Assembly (NCBI GenBank): GCA_963836185.1
Contig: CAWIIQ010000002.1
Coordinates: forward strand, 64,001-128,000
Source of the DNA: Candidatus Krumholzibacteriia bacterium
Lineage (GTDB): Bacteria > Krumholzibacteriota > Krumholzibacteriia > Krumholzibacteriales > Krumholzibacteriaceae
Length of the DNA: 64,000 bases
Reading direction: 5' to 3'
In this document: one piece after another, positions 28,553-39,671 of the stretch
Layout of the letters: every line of letters starts with the position of its first letter
Position numbering within the stretch: the first letter of the stretch is position 1
Program-made: the position numbers and the translations under genes
Notes under the pieces: generated by a model
Told to the model about the DNA's origin: nothing
Databases searched by the model: none
The model's input: only the letters and a program-made list of their open reading frames with translations

Positions 28553-31500
28553 TCACTTTTCCGTGATCTTCAGGAGGTCCTCCTCGAGGGCGCCCTCGGG
28601 TGTTTCTTCGATCCTTCCCAGCTCCTCGCTTCCACGGTAGAGGATTATCGTAGCGACTCTTTCGACGGTGTAGTATTTTTTCACCGCGTCTGACCAGTCG
28701 AGCAGCTCCTGGTCTATCCCCATCTTCGAGGTGAACCTGGAGCTTCCGACAGCCATCATCTCTACATCGCCGACCGGGTATCCGATCTCCTCGAGTATCT
28801 TCCAGAGGCGCGGTATCTCTCGGCGCGAGTCACCGCACCACGTGCCGAGGACGACCCTGATGTCGACGTCGAACATGTTATCCTCGAGTTTATCAACGGT
28901 CTCACCGTCCGGCTCGTACACGAAGTACTCCGTGTCCCATTCGCTGATATGAGAGGTGATATCCTCCCTGGTCACGTTCCCGAAGAGGACCGTTCCTCGT
29001 TCCTCGATCTCGACCGCTGTCGCTTCGATCTCTTCCGGTTCTTCAGCCTCGTCGACAGGCGGGTAGGTGGCGTCCCACCACTCCGGTTCTTCCTTGAGGT
29101 ACTTGTCGAACCACGAGATGATCGCGTCGCTCCAGATCTCTCTCTTTTCGTAGTCGAGGATGAAATGGTTCTGTTCGGCGAAGCGAAGGTACTCGACCTC
29201 TCTGCCGAGTATCTTCAGCGCTGTGTACATCTGTTCGCTCTCGCCGGGCGGTACGTTAGTATCGGACCCGCCATGAAGGAGCAGGAGAGGTGTCACTATC
29301 TTGTCCGCATGGAAGAGTGGGCTCTGATCGACGTATATCTCCCGGTTGTTCCATGGATAGCTCTCCGCCGCGGAGACGGCGTTGTAACCGTATCCCCAGT
29401 ACCCTTCGCCCCAGTAGCTCGGGATCATGCTGATGCCGGCGTGGGAGATGGCGGCGGCATAGATATCGGTCTTTGTGACGAGTAGCTGTGTCATGAATCC
29501 GCCGAATGAGGCTCCGATGCATCCTACCCTGTCCGGGTCTACGAATGGATGAGCCTCCAGGAACTTTTTCGTTCCCTCGATGATCTCGTCGGCGACGATG
29601 ATCCCCCACTCGTTGACATGCCTCGCCGACCACTCCTGCCCGAATCCGGTCGCTCCGCTCGGCTGCAGCACATAGACGACATAGCCCATGGCGGCCCAAA
29701 GGTTCTTCGGGTACCTGCCGCCGAACGTCCTGTCGACAGGGGAGGTGCCGCCGTAGTAGTAGACGATGCAGGGGTAGGTCTTCTCCGCGTCGAAATCTGG
29801 TGGATAGTGGACACGGCCGACGATCTCATACCCCGCGGAGGTCTTGAAGTGCCACGGCTCGACCTTTCCGAGCTTCACGTGCCTGAACAGCTCGGCAGCG
29901 GGTTCGTCGATGATCCTGGCATCCGGCTTCGATGACTTGAGTTCGACCGAGTAGATCCGTTGCGGGTGGGTGGCGCCTGAGCCTGTGAATACACCGACCG
30001 GTTTTGTCTCGGCGATATCGCCGGACCTGATCACTTCGACTCCGAGATCGAACTCGGTGAATTTTTCTTTCTTCGGGTCGTACCTGAAGACCTTCACATA
30101 CTCTGTGTCTTCGGCGATGATATAGATCTTTTTGTCGAACTTAGCCCAGAAAGCCCTGTTGACGGCGGGGTCGAACTCTTTCGTGATCGCTTTGACACCT
30201 TTCGTCTCCGGGTCGAATATGTATACCTGTATGTCGTAATCGTTGGGTGTGACCCCCTCCGGCAGGTCCCTGCCGCTGTCGCCGAATGTAGAGGGCCCGG
30301 CCGTGACGAGGATCCTGTCGCCATCTGGGGACCACTGAGCCGATCCGAACCATTTCCCCTCGAAGAGCTGCTCTACGCTCTGGTCGCTGAGGTCCATCAG
30401 GAGGAGCTCGGAGGTTCCGAACGGCCTTCCGGAAAGATCCTCCCACCTGCGTCCGAGCAGCACCCGGTCGCCGTCGGGATGTATGTCGTAGACGTACGAG
30501 CTGTGCCTGCCGGCTGCGATCTGTCTCGACACCCCGCCGGGTATCGACATTATGTGCAGGGACGATCTCGATCTGCCGTAGTCCGTCCTGTCATATATTC
30601 CAAGGTGTCTCTTGACGCCATTCTTGTCCTTTTCCGGCTTCTTTGTCATCGAGTAGATTATCCAGTCGCCGGCCGGGCTCCAGTCGTACCCGCCGAAGTC
30701 CTCGCCGAGGTCCTCGGCGAGTGTCTCCGTGTATCCGGTGTCCATGTCGAGCGACCGGAGACGACCGCCGGAGACGTACGATATCTTCCTGCTGCCGGGT
30801 ATCCACTGGGTACTCCCGATACTGGTATCCATGATCCTGCTGATGAGGTCACCCTTCGGGAGGCTTCGGATCTCTATCCAGCTTTCCCGCTTCCCCTCGG
30901 GAGGGACAAAACGGCTCTTGTTTATCAGGACGAGGCTTCCATCCGGGGAGACGTCGACACCGCGTGCGCCGGGGACGTCCATTACCTGGGCCAGCGTCAT
31001 CCCTGCCGTCGGATCGAGCGAGACGACGGGCGCTGCCTCAAAGTCCTTCCCCGCGGCGAGACTGGCGTCGAAATTCCAGGCCCTGGCGGTGTCGGCCGGT
31101 ACGTAGACAGCTTTTGCGAGGATGAGATGCTTCCCCTTCTCGAGATCGACATCTCCGCTCTTTTCCTCTCCGCCGCCACTGGCGCTTTTTATCACCGATT
31201 TCCCATCGATGAAGAGCTCGAAAGGATCGCTCGAACTGGCCTTTATGTCGACCTTCATCCATCTCGGCACCTCGACCCAGGCGGCCAGCCAGGTCACGCC
31301 GGGAGCGGTTCCTTCATGAGAGAGGACGACGCCGCCCGTGTCGGCTGCCGAGACGCTCCATGCCGCCTCGCCGGAACCGGGAACGCCCTTGACCGCGCCT
31401 TTGACCGGGATCAACCCTGACATGTGGAGATGGTCGTAACCGAGCAGCCAGGATGCGTCGAATTTCTCCTTCGATTCATCGTGAAAAGCTGGAAGGGGAA

Positions 31501-31639
31501 CGGGGACTGTGCTGAGGACGAGCCAGTCCGTGATCCTCTCGAATCTCTCTGCCGCTTTCTCCTCCGCTGCCGCAAATGACGGAACTGCCGCCAGTATGAT
31601 CAAGGCTGCTGCGAGGGATCTTCTCGTGAAGGACGACAT
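28553..31639 (-). CDS. Secreted S9 prolyl oligopeptidase-family peptidase with C-terminal thioredoxin-like (WCGDS) domain
   Basis: Signal peptide from ATG 31639, beta-propeller repeats (WSP.G), GASFGG, DTNVP, QNH triad, then LGTWCGDSRREIP..VATII. Confidence 0.9.
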   Translation of the reverse strand: MSSFTRRSLAAALIILAAVPSFAAAEEKAAERFERITDWLVLSTVPVPLPAFHDESKEKFDASWLLGYDHLHMSGLIPVKGAVKGVPGSGEAAWSVSAADTGGVVLSHEGTAPGVTWLAAWVEVPRWMKVDIKASSSDPFELFIDGKSVIKSASGGGEEKSGDVDLEKGKHLILAKAVYVPADTARAWNFDASLAAGKDFEAAPVVSLDPTAGMTLAQVMDVPGARGVDVSPDGSLVLINKSRFVPPEGKRESWIEIRSLPKGDLISRIMDTSIGSTQWIPGSRKISYVSGGRLRSLDMDTGYTETLAEDLGEDFGGYDWSPAGDWIIYSMTKKPEKDKNGVKRHLGIYDRTDYGRSRSSLHIMSIPGGVSRQIAAGRHSSYVYDIHPDGDRVLLGRRWEDLSGRPFGTSELLLMDLSDQSVEQLFEGKWFGSAQWSPDGDRILVTAGPSTFGDSGRDLPEGVTPNDYDIQVYIFDPETKGVKAITKEFDPAVNRAFWAKFDKKIYIIAEDTEYVKVFRYDPKKEKFTEFDLGVEVIRSGDIAETKPVGVFTGSGATHPQRIYSVELKSSKPDARIIDEPAAELFRHVKLGKVEPWHFKTSAGYEIVGRVHYPPDFDAEKTYPCIVYYYGGTSPVDRTFGGRYPKNLWAAMGYVVYVLQPSGATGFGQEWSARHVNEWGIIVADEIIEGTKKFLEAHPFVDPDRVGCIGASFGGFMTQLLVTKTDIYAAAISHAGISMIPSYWGEGYWGYGYNAVSAAESYPWNNREIYVDQSPLFHADKIVTPLLLLHGGSDTNVPPGESEQMYTALKILGREVEYLRFAEQNHFILDYEKREIWSDAIISWFDKYLKEEPEWWDATYPPVDEAEEPEEIEATAVEIEERGTVLFGNVTREDITSHISEWDTEYFVYEPDGETVDKLEDNMFDVDIRVVLGTWCGDSRREIPRLWKILEEIGYPVGDVEMMAVGSSRFTSKMGIDQELLDWSDAVKKYYTVERVATIILYRGSEELGRIEETPEGALEEDLLKITEK

Positions 31640-31871
31640 GCGGGCCCTTTCTGTTGAAGAGACGGCCGGCCTGCCGAATGCGGGAGGGCCGGCTGAAATC
31701 CATATATGGCGGATGATCACCGCCGTGGTCACAGGATAATACAGGCCGGGAGCCGTATTTTCAAGCCGGAGATGGATGCCGGCGCTGTAAAGTGGACTTG
31801 TACAACAGGGCACCGGTCGATATATTTCCCGGGTGACTTTAATAGAGGAAGATGCCGGAAAGGAGCCGCGG

Positions 31872-32408
31872 ATGGCTTTCAAAAGGATAACGCTGCTGAT
31901 GATAACTGCCGTGACGCTCGCGGGTTGCGGCGGCGGTGATATCGAGGCAGTCGACAAGACTGGAAAGATCGTGGAGGAAAATACCTGGATGTCCTTCGAT
32001 AACGGGATGGCGCTCGCCAGGGATATGGGCAAGCCGGTGGTCATCGATTTCTATACATCGTGGTGCCGGTGGTGCAAGGTGATGGACAAGGAAACGTTCA
32101 AGGATGAAGAGGTGGCCTCGTACCTCAGCGCGCACTTTATCTCTATAAAACTCAACGCTGAGCAGACGAACACAAAGATCCAGTACGGAGGGCGCACGTA
32201 CACTCCCGCCGCCCTCGCCAGGGCGTTCAAGCTGAGGGGCTACCCCTCGGTAGCCTATCTCGACGAGAAGGGCGCGCTGATCTTCGTCGATACAGGGTTC
32301 AAGAAGGCCGGCCAGTTCATGGTCAACCTCAAGTATGTAAAAAGCGGGTGCTACAGCAAGGGTGTGTCTATCGAGGAGTTCAGGAGGCGCGGAGGGAAAT
32401 GCGACTGA
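31872..32408 (+). CDS. Thioredoxin-fold lipoprotein (SoxW/DUF255-like, CRWC)
   Basis: Lipobox LAGC, DFYTSWCRWCKVM, GYP cis-Pro motif. Confidence 0.9.
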   Translation: MAFKRITLLMITAVTLAGCGGGDIEAVDKTGKIVEENTWMSFDNGMALARDMGKPVVIDFYTSWCRWCKVMDKETFKDEEVASYLSAHFISIKLNAEQTNTKIQYGGRTYTPAALARAFKLRGYPSVAYLDEKGALIFVDTGFKKAGQFMVNLKYVKSGCYSKGVSIEEFRRRGGKCD

Positions 32409-32507
32409 ACGGTCCAGTGACAAAACGTTGACTTGCGCCCGGACGCTGTTCGGGCATATGATACAGTAGTCATGTGATTCACCGACATTTAAACGAGGAA
32501 GGCAAAG

Positions 32508-33590
32508 ATGAGGATAGGAGTGCTTACAGGCGGTGGAGACGCTCCCGGGCTGAATCCGGCGGTGGCCGGAGTAGTGGAGCGGGCGACGATGTACGGTTAC
32601 GAAGTGTTGGGACTGAAGAGGGGCTGGGAATCGATCTCGGTAAGGGAGAACGATGGTCATGTGGTGGAGCTGGGTCCCGAGATCATCAGGGAATACAGCA
32701 GGCTCGGTGGAAGCAAGCTGCAGTGCAGCCGTACCAATCCTGTCTCAGAGGATAACGACAGGACCGACATAGTAAAAGAGAACATGAAGAAGCTGAAGCT
32801 CGACGCGATAGTGGCGATAGGCGGGGAAGACACACTCGGGGCCGCTTCCGTTCTTTTCGACCGGGGGATTCCCGTCGTCGGTATCCCCAAGACTATAGAC
32901 CGTGACCTGTACGGCACTGAATACTCCCTCGGATACGATACAGCTCTCAACGTCATCTGCGAGAGCGCACAGCGCATCGCTCATTCGGCCGAGTCTCACC
33001 AGACGATCTTCTTCCTCGAGGTCATGGGGAGGCACGCAGGATGGCTCGCCCTTCGCGGCGGGGAAGCGGCGTTCGCCGACATCATCCTTATTCCCGAGCA
33101 TCCCTTCAGCGTCGGCCATCTCAAGGATGTCCTCCGCGAGCAGCTCGAGATGAGCCGCGACCAGGGATTCGACCAGATCTACAAGATGATCGTCGTATCG
33201 GAAGGATCGCATATCGAGGGCGAGGAGGAGGTCCGCAAGGATACCAAGCTCGACGAGTTCGGGCATTACAGCCTCGGCGGGGTGGGCAACTACCTCAAGG
33301 GACTTCTCGAGCACGATTTCCGCCTGACGAGATATACCGCCCTCGCCTACCTGCAGCGCGGCGCTCAGCCGACCCAGAAAGACAGGGCGATGGGAAGACG
33401 TTTCGGCCATAATGCCGTCGAGATGATAAAGAACGGAGACTACGGGTTTTACGTAGGGGTCCAGAGGGCGAGGCTGGTCAAGGTGCGGATGCCCGAGATA
33501 AGGAAATCCCCCAGCCTGGTCGATGTCGAGAAGCATTACGACACGAAGAGGCTCAACGTAAAGCAGCAGTGGACCGACATGGAGGATTGA
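32508..33590 (+). CDS. pfkA: 6-phosphofructokinase (group III, PPi-type signature)
   Basis: LTGGGDAPGLN, GGEDT, PKTID, EVMGRHAGW. Confidence 0.92.
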   Translation: MRIGVLTGGGDAPGLNPAVAGVVERATMYGYEVLGLKRGWESISVRENDGHVVELGPEIIREYSRLGGSKLQCSRTNPVSEDNDRTDIVKENMKKLKLDAIVAIGGEDTLGAASVLFDRGIPVVGIPKTIDRDLYGTEYSLGYDTALNVICESAQRIAHSAESHQTIFFLEVMGRHAGWLALRGGEAAFADIILIPEHPFSVGHLKDVLREQLEMSRDQGFDQIYKMIVVSEGSHIEGEEEVRKDTKLDEFGHYSLGGVGNYLKGLLEHDFRLTRYTALAYLQRGAQPTQKDRAMGRRFGHNAVEMIKNGDYGFYVGVQRARLVKVRMPEIRKSPSLVDVEKHYDTKRLNVKQQWTDMED

Positions 33591-33604
33591 CCGCCCGGTC
33601 TTTG

Positions 33605-34762
33605 TCAGTCGCGCCTGAACAGGGCCACCGACTCCACGTGATATGTCCCCGGGAACATGTCGATGAGGTGTATCTCGGAAGGCGTCCATTGCGCCTCGAC
33701 GAGTCTCGCCGCGTCGCGCGCGAATGTCGGCGCGTCGCATGAGACCATGATGATCTCTCTCGGGCGCAGCTTGATTATCGATTTCAGGACGCTCGCCGGT
33801 ATCCCGGACCTGGGCGGATCAGTCAGGACGAGATCGATCTCCCCTATCCTGGAGAATCCCCTCTCGGCAGTTTCCCTTATGAATTTGACATTGGCTGCCT
33901 TGTTCAGCCTGGCCGATGCGACGGCGTTCTTGTGGGCCTGCCGCTGGACCTCGATCCCCACCACGTCTATCGCTCTGCGGGCCATCGGGAGGGAAAAGAA
34001 ACCGACCCCGCAGTAGAGGTCGAGAAACTTTTTCGCCGTCTGTGTCGGGAGGGATACAGCCAGATCCATCAGAGAGTCGTTGAGATAGCGGTTTATCTGG
34101 AAGAACGCCTCCGGATAGACGGGGAAGCTGAAATCGCCCGCCTTCATAAGGATATCGGGCGGGCTGATCACGCCTTCGACGCCCCAGAAATGAATGGCGC
34201 CGAAACTGTCCAGCCTTGACCTTACCTTTGTGCCCGGCGTCAGCGCTTCCGGATCGAGTGCCGATATGGCCTCTCTCATCTCGGGCGGAAGCAGAAGGCA
34301 TCCCTGAGCGGGAAAGGGGACGATCTCGCTTGATTCCCTCTTTGAGAAGCCGGCCACACCGCCGGAGCCGACCTTGAACAGGGCGTGATTGCGGTAGCCG
34401 AAGCGTTCCGGGCATGGAGTATACGAGGCGATTTCCATATCGATCTTGCCGATGCGCTTCAGCGTCGAAAGGAATGTCTCTTTCTTGATCCTCGTTTCTT
34501 CCTCGTAATCGAGATGGAGGAAATGGCACCCTCCACACCGGCCGAAGACCGGACATTGCGCTTCCCGCCTCGACGGGGAAGGCTCTACTATTCCCGTTAT
34601 CTCGCCGAAGAGACAGTTCTTCTTTTTCTTTGTGACGGTGAATTCGACCGTATCGCCTGAGGCGGCGTAAGGCAGAAACAGGGTCATGTCCTCGAACCAG
34701 GCCAGCCCAAGGCCTCCGTATACGACTTTCTCTATCCTTGTTTTTCCGGTTTTTCCTTCCAT
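33605..34762 (-). CDS. rlmD: 23S rRNA (uracil-5)-methyltransferase RlmD/RumA family
   Basis: TRAM domain, C..FGRCGGC, FFQIN, DLYCGVG, DPPRSG, VSCD..TFARD, DMFP.T.HVE. Confidence 0.88.
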   Translation of the reverse strand: MEGKTGKTRIEKVVYGGLGLAWFEDMTLFLPYAASGDTVEFTVTKKKKNCLFGEITGIVEPSPSRREAQCPVFGRCGGCHFLHLDYEEETRIKKETFLSTLKRIGKIDMEIASYTPCPERFGYRNHALFKVGSGGVAGFSKRESSEIVPFPAQGCLLLPPEMREAISALDPEALTPGTKVRSRLDSFGAIHFWGVEGVISPPDILMKAGDFSFPVYPEAFFQINRYLNDSLMDLAVSLPTQTAKKFLDLYCGVGFFSLPMARRAIDVVGIEVQRQAHKNAVASARLNKAANVKFIRETAERGFSRIGEIDLVLTDPPRSGIPASVLKSIIKLRPREIIMVSCDAPTFARDAARLVEAQWTPSEIHLIDMFPGTYHVESVALFRRD

Positions 34763-34891
34763 GGGGAATACTATATGTCAATGGCCTCCTGAAATCTACA
34801 CTTTACCGCCCGGCCTCCTGCGCATATTATTCTCCAATACGTCTTACACGCATTACGGCGGCACTGGGCGCCAATTCAGCGGGAGATTTAT

Positions 34892-36103
34892 TTGCGCATC
34901 GGAATGGTGCTTCAGACGACTATACCTCCGCACGATATCCGGGTGGAAAAGGAAGCAGGGACCCTCATCTCGGAAGGGCACGAGGTCCATCTCCTCCTGG
35001 AGGGTGCCGGGGGGCAGCCTCGCGAGGAGATGTGGGAGGGGATGCATCTGCTGCGCGGAGTGAGGATGAGCAGCGCGAGGGAGAAATTTCACAGGTACAC
35101 TTTCAATTTCACCTTCCGGGACAGGCTCTGGCGGCGGGCGATGACCGATTTCGTAAGGAGCAGGAAGATAGATGTCCTGCACGTGCACGACCTTCCGCTC
35201 GTCGGCGAGGCTGTCCGCGTCGGAAGGGCCGAGGGCATACCCGTCGTTGCAGACCTCCACGAGAACTTTCCCGGGGGGCTGCAGGTCTGGTATACCAGCG
35301 GGTGGAAAAAGAAGACGATATACAATTTCGGCCGGTGGTCGCGTTACGAGAGGGAGATCCTGGGAGAAGTCGACGCGGTGATCGCCGTTGTCGAGGAATC
35401 AAAGAAGCGGCTCGAGGGGATCGGGGTGCCCGGCGAAAAGATATTCGTCGTATCGAACACGGCACACCGCAAGGGGGAGGAAACCCCCGTAGATCTCGAT
35501 ATCCTCGAGAAATACCGTGACAGGTTCGTGATCTCGTATGTAGGCAAGTTCTCGGCTCACCGGGGACTCGATGTGATAATCGGCGCGATGCCTGAGCTGC
35601 GCGAAAAGGTGTCCGATATACTTCTTCTTCTGGTCGGCGACAGGAACAAGCCGTACATGGATTACCTGGTCCGCCTCGTTGACAGGCTGGGATGCGGTGA
35701 CGTCGTAGAGATGACCGGCTGGCAGACCTTCGACAGGATCTGGAGCTACATACACGCGAGCGATGTCTGCCTTGTTCCGCACCAGAGGAATCCGCATACC
35801 GATACGACTATTCCTCACAAGATATTCCAGTACATGATGCTGGGCAAGCCGGTGCTCGTTAGCGACTGCCCGCCCCTTGCGAGGGTGATCACAGATTCAG
35901 GCGGCGGGCTGGTCTTCAGATACGACGATCCGGATGATTTCGCCGCGAAAGTCAGGCAGCTGCGTGACGATGCGGACCTTCGCGTGAAGGTCTCCGAAGC
36001 GGGGAGAGAAGCGTTTCTCGACAGATACAACTGGGAAAAGACAAGCGGGGAGCTGATAAGGCTGTACGAAGGCATCGGCCGCAGTCAGGGAGGAAAAAAT
36101 TGA
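34892..36103 (+). CDS. GT4 glycosyltransferase
   Basis: [32 protein letters not shown]. Confidence 0.9.
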   Translation: MRIGMVLQTTIPPHDIRVEKEAGTLISEGHEVHLLLEGAGGQPREEMWEGMHLLRGVRMSSAREKFHRYTFNFTFRDRLWRRAMTDFVRSRKIDVLHVHDLPLVGEAVRVGRAEGIPVVADLHENFPGGLQVWYTSGWKKKTIYNFGRWSRYEREILGEVDAVIAVVEESKKRLEGIGVPGEKIFVVSNTAHRKGEETPVDLDILEKYRDRFVISYVGKFSAHRGLDVIIGAMPELREKVSDILLLLVGDRNKPYMDYLVRLVDRLGCGDVVEMTGWQTFDRIWSYIHASDVCLVPHQRNPHTDTTIPHKIFQYMMLGKPVLVSDCPPLARVITDSGGGLVFRYDDPDDFAAKVRQLRDDADLRVKVSEAGREAFLDRYNWEKTSGELIRLYEGIGRSQGGKN

Positions 36104-37203
36104 AGGTAAAACTGCTCGATCTCACAGCTCAGTATGAAAATATTCGCGCAGAGGTGATGGAAGCGGTCACTGAGGTCTTCGATTCGCAGTACTTTATCAT
36201 GGGCCCGAAGGTGGCGGAGCTCGAAAAGGAGATCGCCGGATACTGTGACACGAAAGACGCAGTCGGCGTGGCATCGGGCAGCGACGCGATCCTCCTCGCC
36301 CTCATGGCGCTCGGGCTCGGCCCGGGTGACGAGGTGATAACTACGCCCTATACCTTTTTCTCAACGGTCAGCAGCATTACGAGACTCGGTGCCCGGCCCG
36401 TTTTCGCCGATATCGATCCCATCACGTACAATATCGATCCGGCCGCTGTTGCGGCCGCTGTCACAGACAGGACAAAAGCGATCCTCATAGTCCACCTTTA
36501 CGGGCAGATGGCAGAGATGGACCCGATACTCGAAGTCGCGGGCGCGCGCGGGATACCGGTCATCGAGGATGCCTGCCAGGCGATAGGTGCTGAATACAAG
36601 GGACGCAAGGCAGGTTCGATCGGGCTTGCCGGTTGTTTTTCCTTTTTCCCCTCGAAGAACCTCGGCGGGGCCGGCGACGGCGGCATCATAACTACGAGCG
36701 ATGAGAAGCTCGCCGGGGACCTGCGCCGGCTGCGGAATCATGGAGGCAGGGAGAGGTACTACCACGACGAGGTGGGTATCAACAGCCGCCTCGATGCCCT
36801 GCAGGCGGCCGTCCTGCTCGTCAAGCTGAGGCACCTCGACGCCTGGAGCGACGGCCGTATCTCGAATGCGGCCCGGTATGACCGTATGCTTGGCGGTATC
36901 GAGGGGGTTACGACTCCGGCGGTCAGCGAGGGAAACCGCCATATCTACAACCAGTATGTGATCCGGGCCCGGCGGCGCGACGATCTCAAGTCTTTCCTGC
37001 AGGAGAACGATATCGGATGCGAGATCTATTATCCCGTTCCGCTTCACCTTCAGAAATGTTTCTCTTTCCTTGGCGGGGCCGAGGGAGATTGTCCCGAGTC
37101 GGAAAGGGCGGCGCTCGAGACGCTTGCGCTTCCGATCTTTACCGAACTGACACCTGAGATGCAGGAGTATGCCGCGGGGAAGATCGTGGAGTTCTACCGG
37201 TAG
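36100..37203 (+). CDS. DegT/DnrJ/EryC1/StrS sugar aminotransferase
   Basis: [27 protein letters not shown] (PLP Lys), [10 protein letters not shown]. Confidence 0.95.
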   Translation: MKVKLLDLTAQYENIRAEVMEAVTEVFDSQYFIMGPKVAELEKEIAGYCDTKDAVGVASGSDAILLALMALGLGPGDEVITTPYTFFSTVSSITRLGARPVFADIDPITYNIDPAAVAAAVTDRTKAILIVHLYGQMAEMDPILEVAGARGIPVIEDACQAIGAEYKGRKAGSIGLAGCFSFFPSKNLGGAGDGGIITTSDEKLAGDLRRLRNHGGRERYYHDEVGINSRLDALQAAVLLVKLRHLDAWSDGRISNAARYDRMLGGIEGVTTPAVSEGNRHIYNQYVIRARRRDDLKSFLQENDIGCEIYYPVPLHLQKCFSFLGGAEGDCPESERAALETLALPIFTELTPEMQEYAAGKIVEFYR

Positions 37204-37235
37204 GCGACAGCCTGCCCGCATCAGTTGGCCGGACA

Positions 37236-38387
37236 GTGGAGGCTCTCTTGAAGATCGTCTGTTTTTCGGAGATCCAGTGGCACTATGTCAGGACGCGCAA
37301 GCAGCAGATCCTGTCGAGGTTCCCGGATGACCGCAGGATCCTCTTCCTGTCAACGGTAGTCAGGGGAAGGCGAAGCAATTTCAGGCCCGAGAGGGACGGC
37401 AATGTCGTGCATGCCTGTGTCCCAGTTCTCAAGAATTTCCCGCAGAAATGGGCCAGGGCTCTCTTTTCTTTCCCTCCGGCGAGGTTTCTCTGGAACGTGA
37501 TGCTTTTCGTATGGCTGAAAATACTACTGCGGGCGACCGGATTTCATCGAAGCGACCGGGTATTCTACGTATCGAACGTTTACTATGCCCCTGTCCTTCC
37601 CCTGCTTTCGAGAAAGCTCATGCTTTACGACTGCAATGACGATCCGGCCTCTTTCCCGAATGTGCCGGGATGGGTCCAGGGCTGCTTCGAGAGGGTCGCG
37701 CGTGATGCTGACGTCGTGACGGCGGTCAGCGCCGGACTCGTCGAAAGGCTCAATGAAGCGGGCGCTGGAGACGCGGTGCTTCTGGGGAACGGCGTCGATT
37801 ACGATATGTTCCAGAGGTCCGCCGCGGCCGGTATCCCGGACGATATGAATGTCCTGGGGCGCCCGGTGATCGGATATGTGGGCGCCATCGCGCAGTGGTT
37901 CGATTTCGAGCTGGTTGAGATGATCGCGAGGAGGTTCCCGGGGGCGTCGATCGCCCTGATAGGGCCTGTCTTCCGGGAAGTGGAGGAGGCGGCGCGACGG
38001 CTAGCGGAAGAGAGAAAGAATGTCGTCTTCATGGGCGAGAAGAAGTATGACGATCTCGGGGCTTACCTTTCATCGATGGATGTATGCATGATTCCGCTCG
38101 AGGTAAACGAGCTTCGCCGCCTGGCGGATCCGAATAAACTCTACGAATACGCCGCCGCGGGCAGGCCGATCGTCACCATGGCCTTTTCTGAATATGTCGA
38201 ATCTCTCGATGGACTCGTATATGTGGCGCGTTCGCGCGGGGAGTTTGCAGACAAGGTCGAGGAAGCCCTCGGAAAGGGAGATGATTCGGAGGCCCTGCGG
38301 GAATTCGCACGCGCGAGAAGCTGGCAGAGCCGGGCCGATGAGATGACCGGGCTTATCGATGAGGCATTAGAAAAGAAACTGAATTGA
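37236..38387 (+). CDS. GT-B glycosyltransferase (TuaH/GT4-like)
   Basis: W...RTRKQQ, YDC.D, NGVD, IGYVGAI..WFD, PNKLYEY.AAGRP. Confidence 0.88.
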   Translation: MEALLKIVCFSEIQWHYVRTRKQQILSRFPDDRRILFLSTVVRGRRSNFRPERDGNVVHACVPVLKNFPQKWARALFSFPPARFLWNVMLFVWLKILLRATGFHRSDRVFYVSNVYYAPVLPLLSRKLMLYDCNDDPASFPNVPGWVQGCFERVARDADVVTAVSAGLVERLNEAGAGDAVLLGNGVDYDMFQRSAAAGIPDDMNVLGRPVIGYVGAIAQWFDFELVEMIARRFPGASIALIGPVFREVEEAARRLAEERKNVVFMGEKKYDDLGAYLSSMDVCMIPLEVNELRRLADPNKLYEYAAAGRPIVTMAFSEYVESLDGLVYVARSRGEFADKVEEALGKGDDSEALREFARARSWQSRADEMTGLIDEALEKKLN

Positions 38388-38414
38388 ATCCGGACTTATC
38401 ATGAAAGGAGCAGC

Positions 38415-39659
38415 ATGAAAAAGATCATTTCGCTAGCGGCGGCCATGGCATTAACGGTGGCCGTCATCTTCGTGGCCGGTATCCTGCCGTCCTGTTCAGG
38501 CGAAAAGGATACTGGCGGCACGTCGGACCTCTATCTCCTCGAGGAGCTGGAAACTGCCCGCTCGGTCGAGGATCCGGACAAGAGGATCGAGAGGCTCGAG
38601 ATCTTCGCGGCCAACAATGAGGGTCACCCATACCGGTCCATGGCGCTCGAGAGCATCATGGAGACGATGGCTGTCGATAAGGGTGACGTCGAGGGAGCGC
38701 TCGCTTTTTTCGATGTGTTGATGGATGAAGAGACTGACCCTGCGATCCGCGGGAAGCTTCTTTTCGCGAAGTTCGAATTCTTCTGGGAATCTGATTCGCT
38801 GCAGTCGGTCGCTCTCGCGAAGGATGTGATCGACAGCGAAGAGACTGATTTCAGGCTCCTTATGTACATGGCCTATTACCTGATGGGAGCGGAGGGACAG
38901 GAGGAGGTCGCCGACGCCGTATTCTCGCGGCTCATCGAGGTGACGGACGATGAGCACAGGAAGAATCATGCCCGCACTATCTATGCCGAGTTCCTCGAGG
39001 CCGGGGAGCGCGGGGAGGAAGCGGCAGCGGTGCTCGAACTTGCCTCGTCATATACCTTCGCCAACGCTCCCCTGGGGCGCATGCTCTGGGATGAAGGAAA
39101 CCGCGAAGAGGCTCTGGAGAAATATATATCCCTGTCGGCCGGGGCTCCCGGATACCGGAAATATATCAAGCTGGACAGCCTATACGCGATAGTCCATCCG
39201 GAACCGAACGATCTCGAATCGAGGATTGCGGAGCTCAGGATAATCGATGGCCCGCAGATTCCGGACAGGGAGTTTGTCGATATCCGGGGGATGCAGCATT
39301 CGATCTCCGGCTACCGCGGGACGAAGATGGTGATAACAGCCTTCAGCCCCACCTGACCTCCCTGTATTGCGGAGTTGCCGCAAATGGAGGAACTGAAGAA
39401 GGAAGAAGAGACCCTCGGGTTCAAGCTGCTTCTGATAGACGGGAAGGGGATGCTCGGAAAGACCCGCGGTATCATGGATGACAAGGGAGTCACGATACCG
39501 GTGCTTCTTGACAGCCATCAGTATTCACGGGAGGTACTCGGTACGATGTATACCCCGACTACCTACGTGATCGACGCGGCGGGAATGGTGAGGTGCCGGC
39601 TCGTCGGGCATTCGGATGATTTCAACGGGATAATCGCCGATGTACTGAGCCGGATATAG
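38415..39659 (+). CDS. Predicted selenoprotein: lipoprotein with helical/TPR-like region and C-terminal TlpA-like redoxin, UGA (39354-39356) read as Sec in a UPPC motif
   Basis: The two ORFs are in frame: AFSPT-TGA-PPCIAELPQM...YTPTTYVID. Lipobox-like LPSC. SECIS-like hairpin downstream of the UGA. Confidence 0.88.
39367..39383 (+). promoter_or_regulatory. Candidate bacterial SECIS element
   Basis: TTGCGG-AGTTG-CCGCAA hairpin beginning at the 11th nt after the UGA. Confidence 0.7.
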
Positions 39660-39671
39660 CCGATTCCGGAC

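Noticed and set aside
28553-32044. 1163-aa version of the S9 ORF overlapping the thioredoxin gene
   Set aside because: A signal peptide starts at ATG 31639; the upstream extension is antisense to a real gene.
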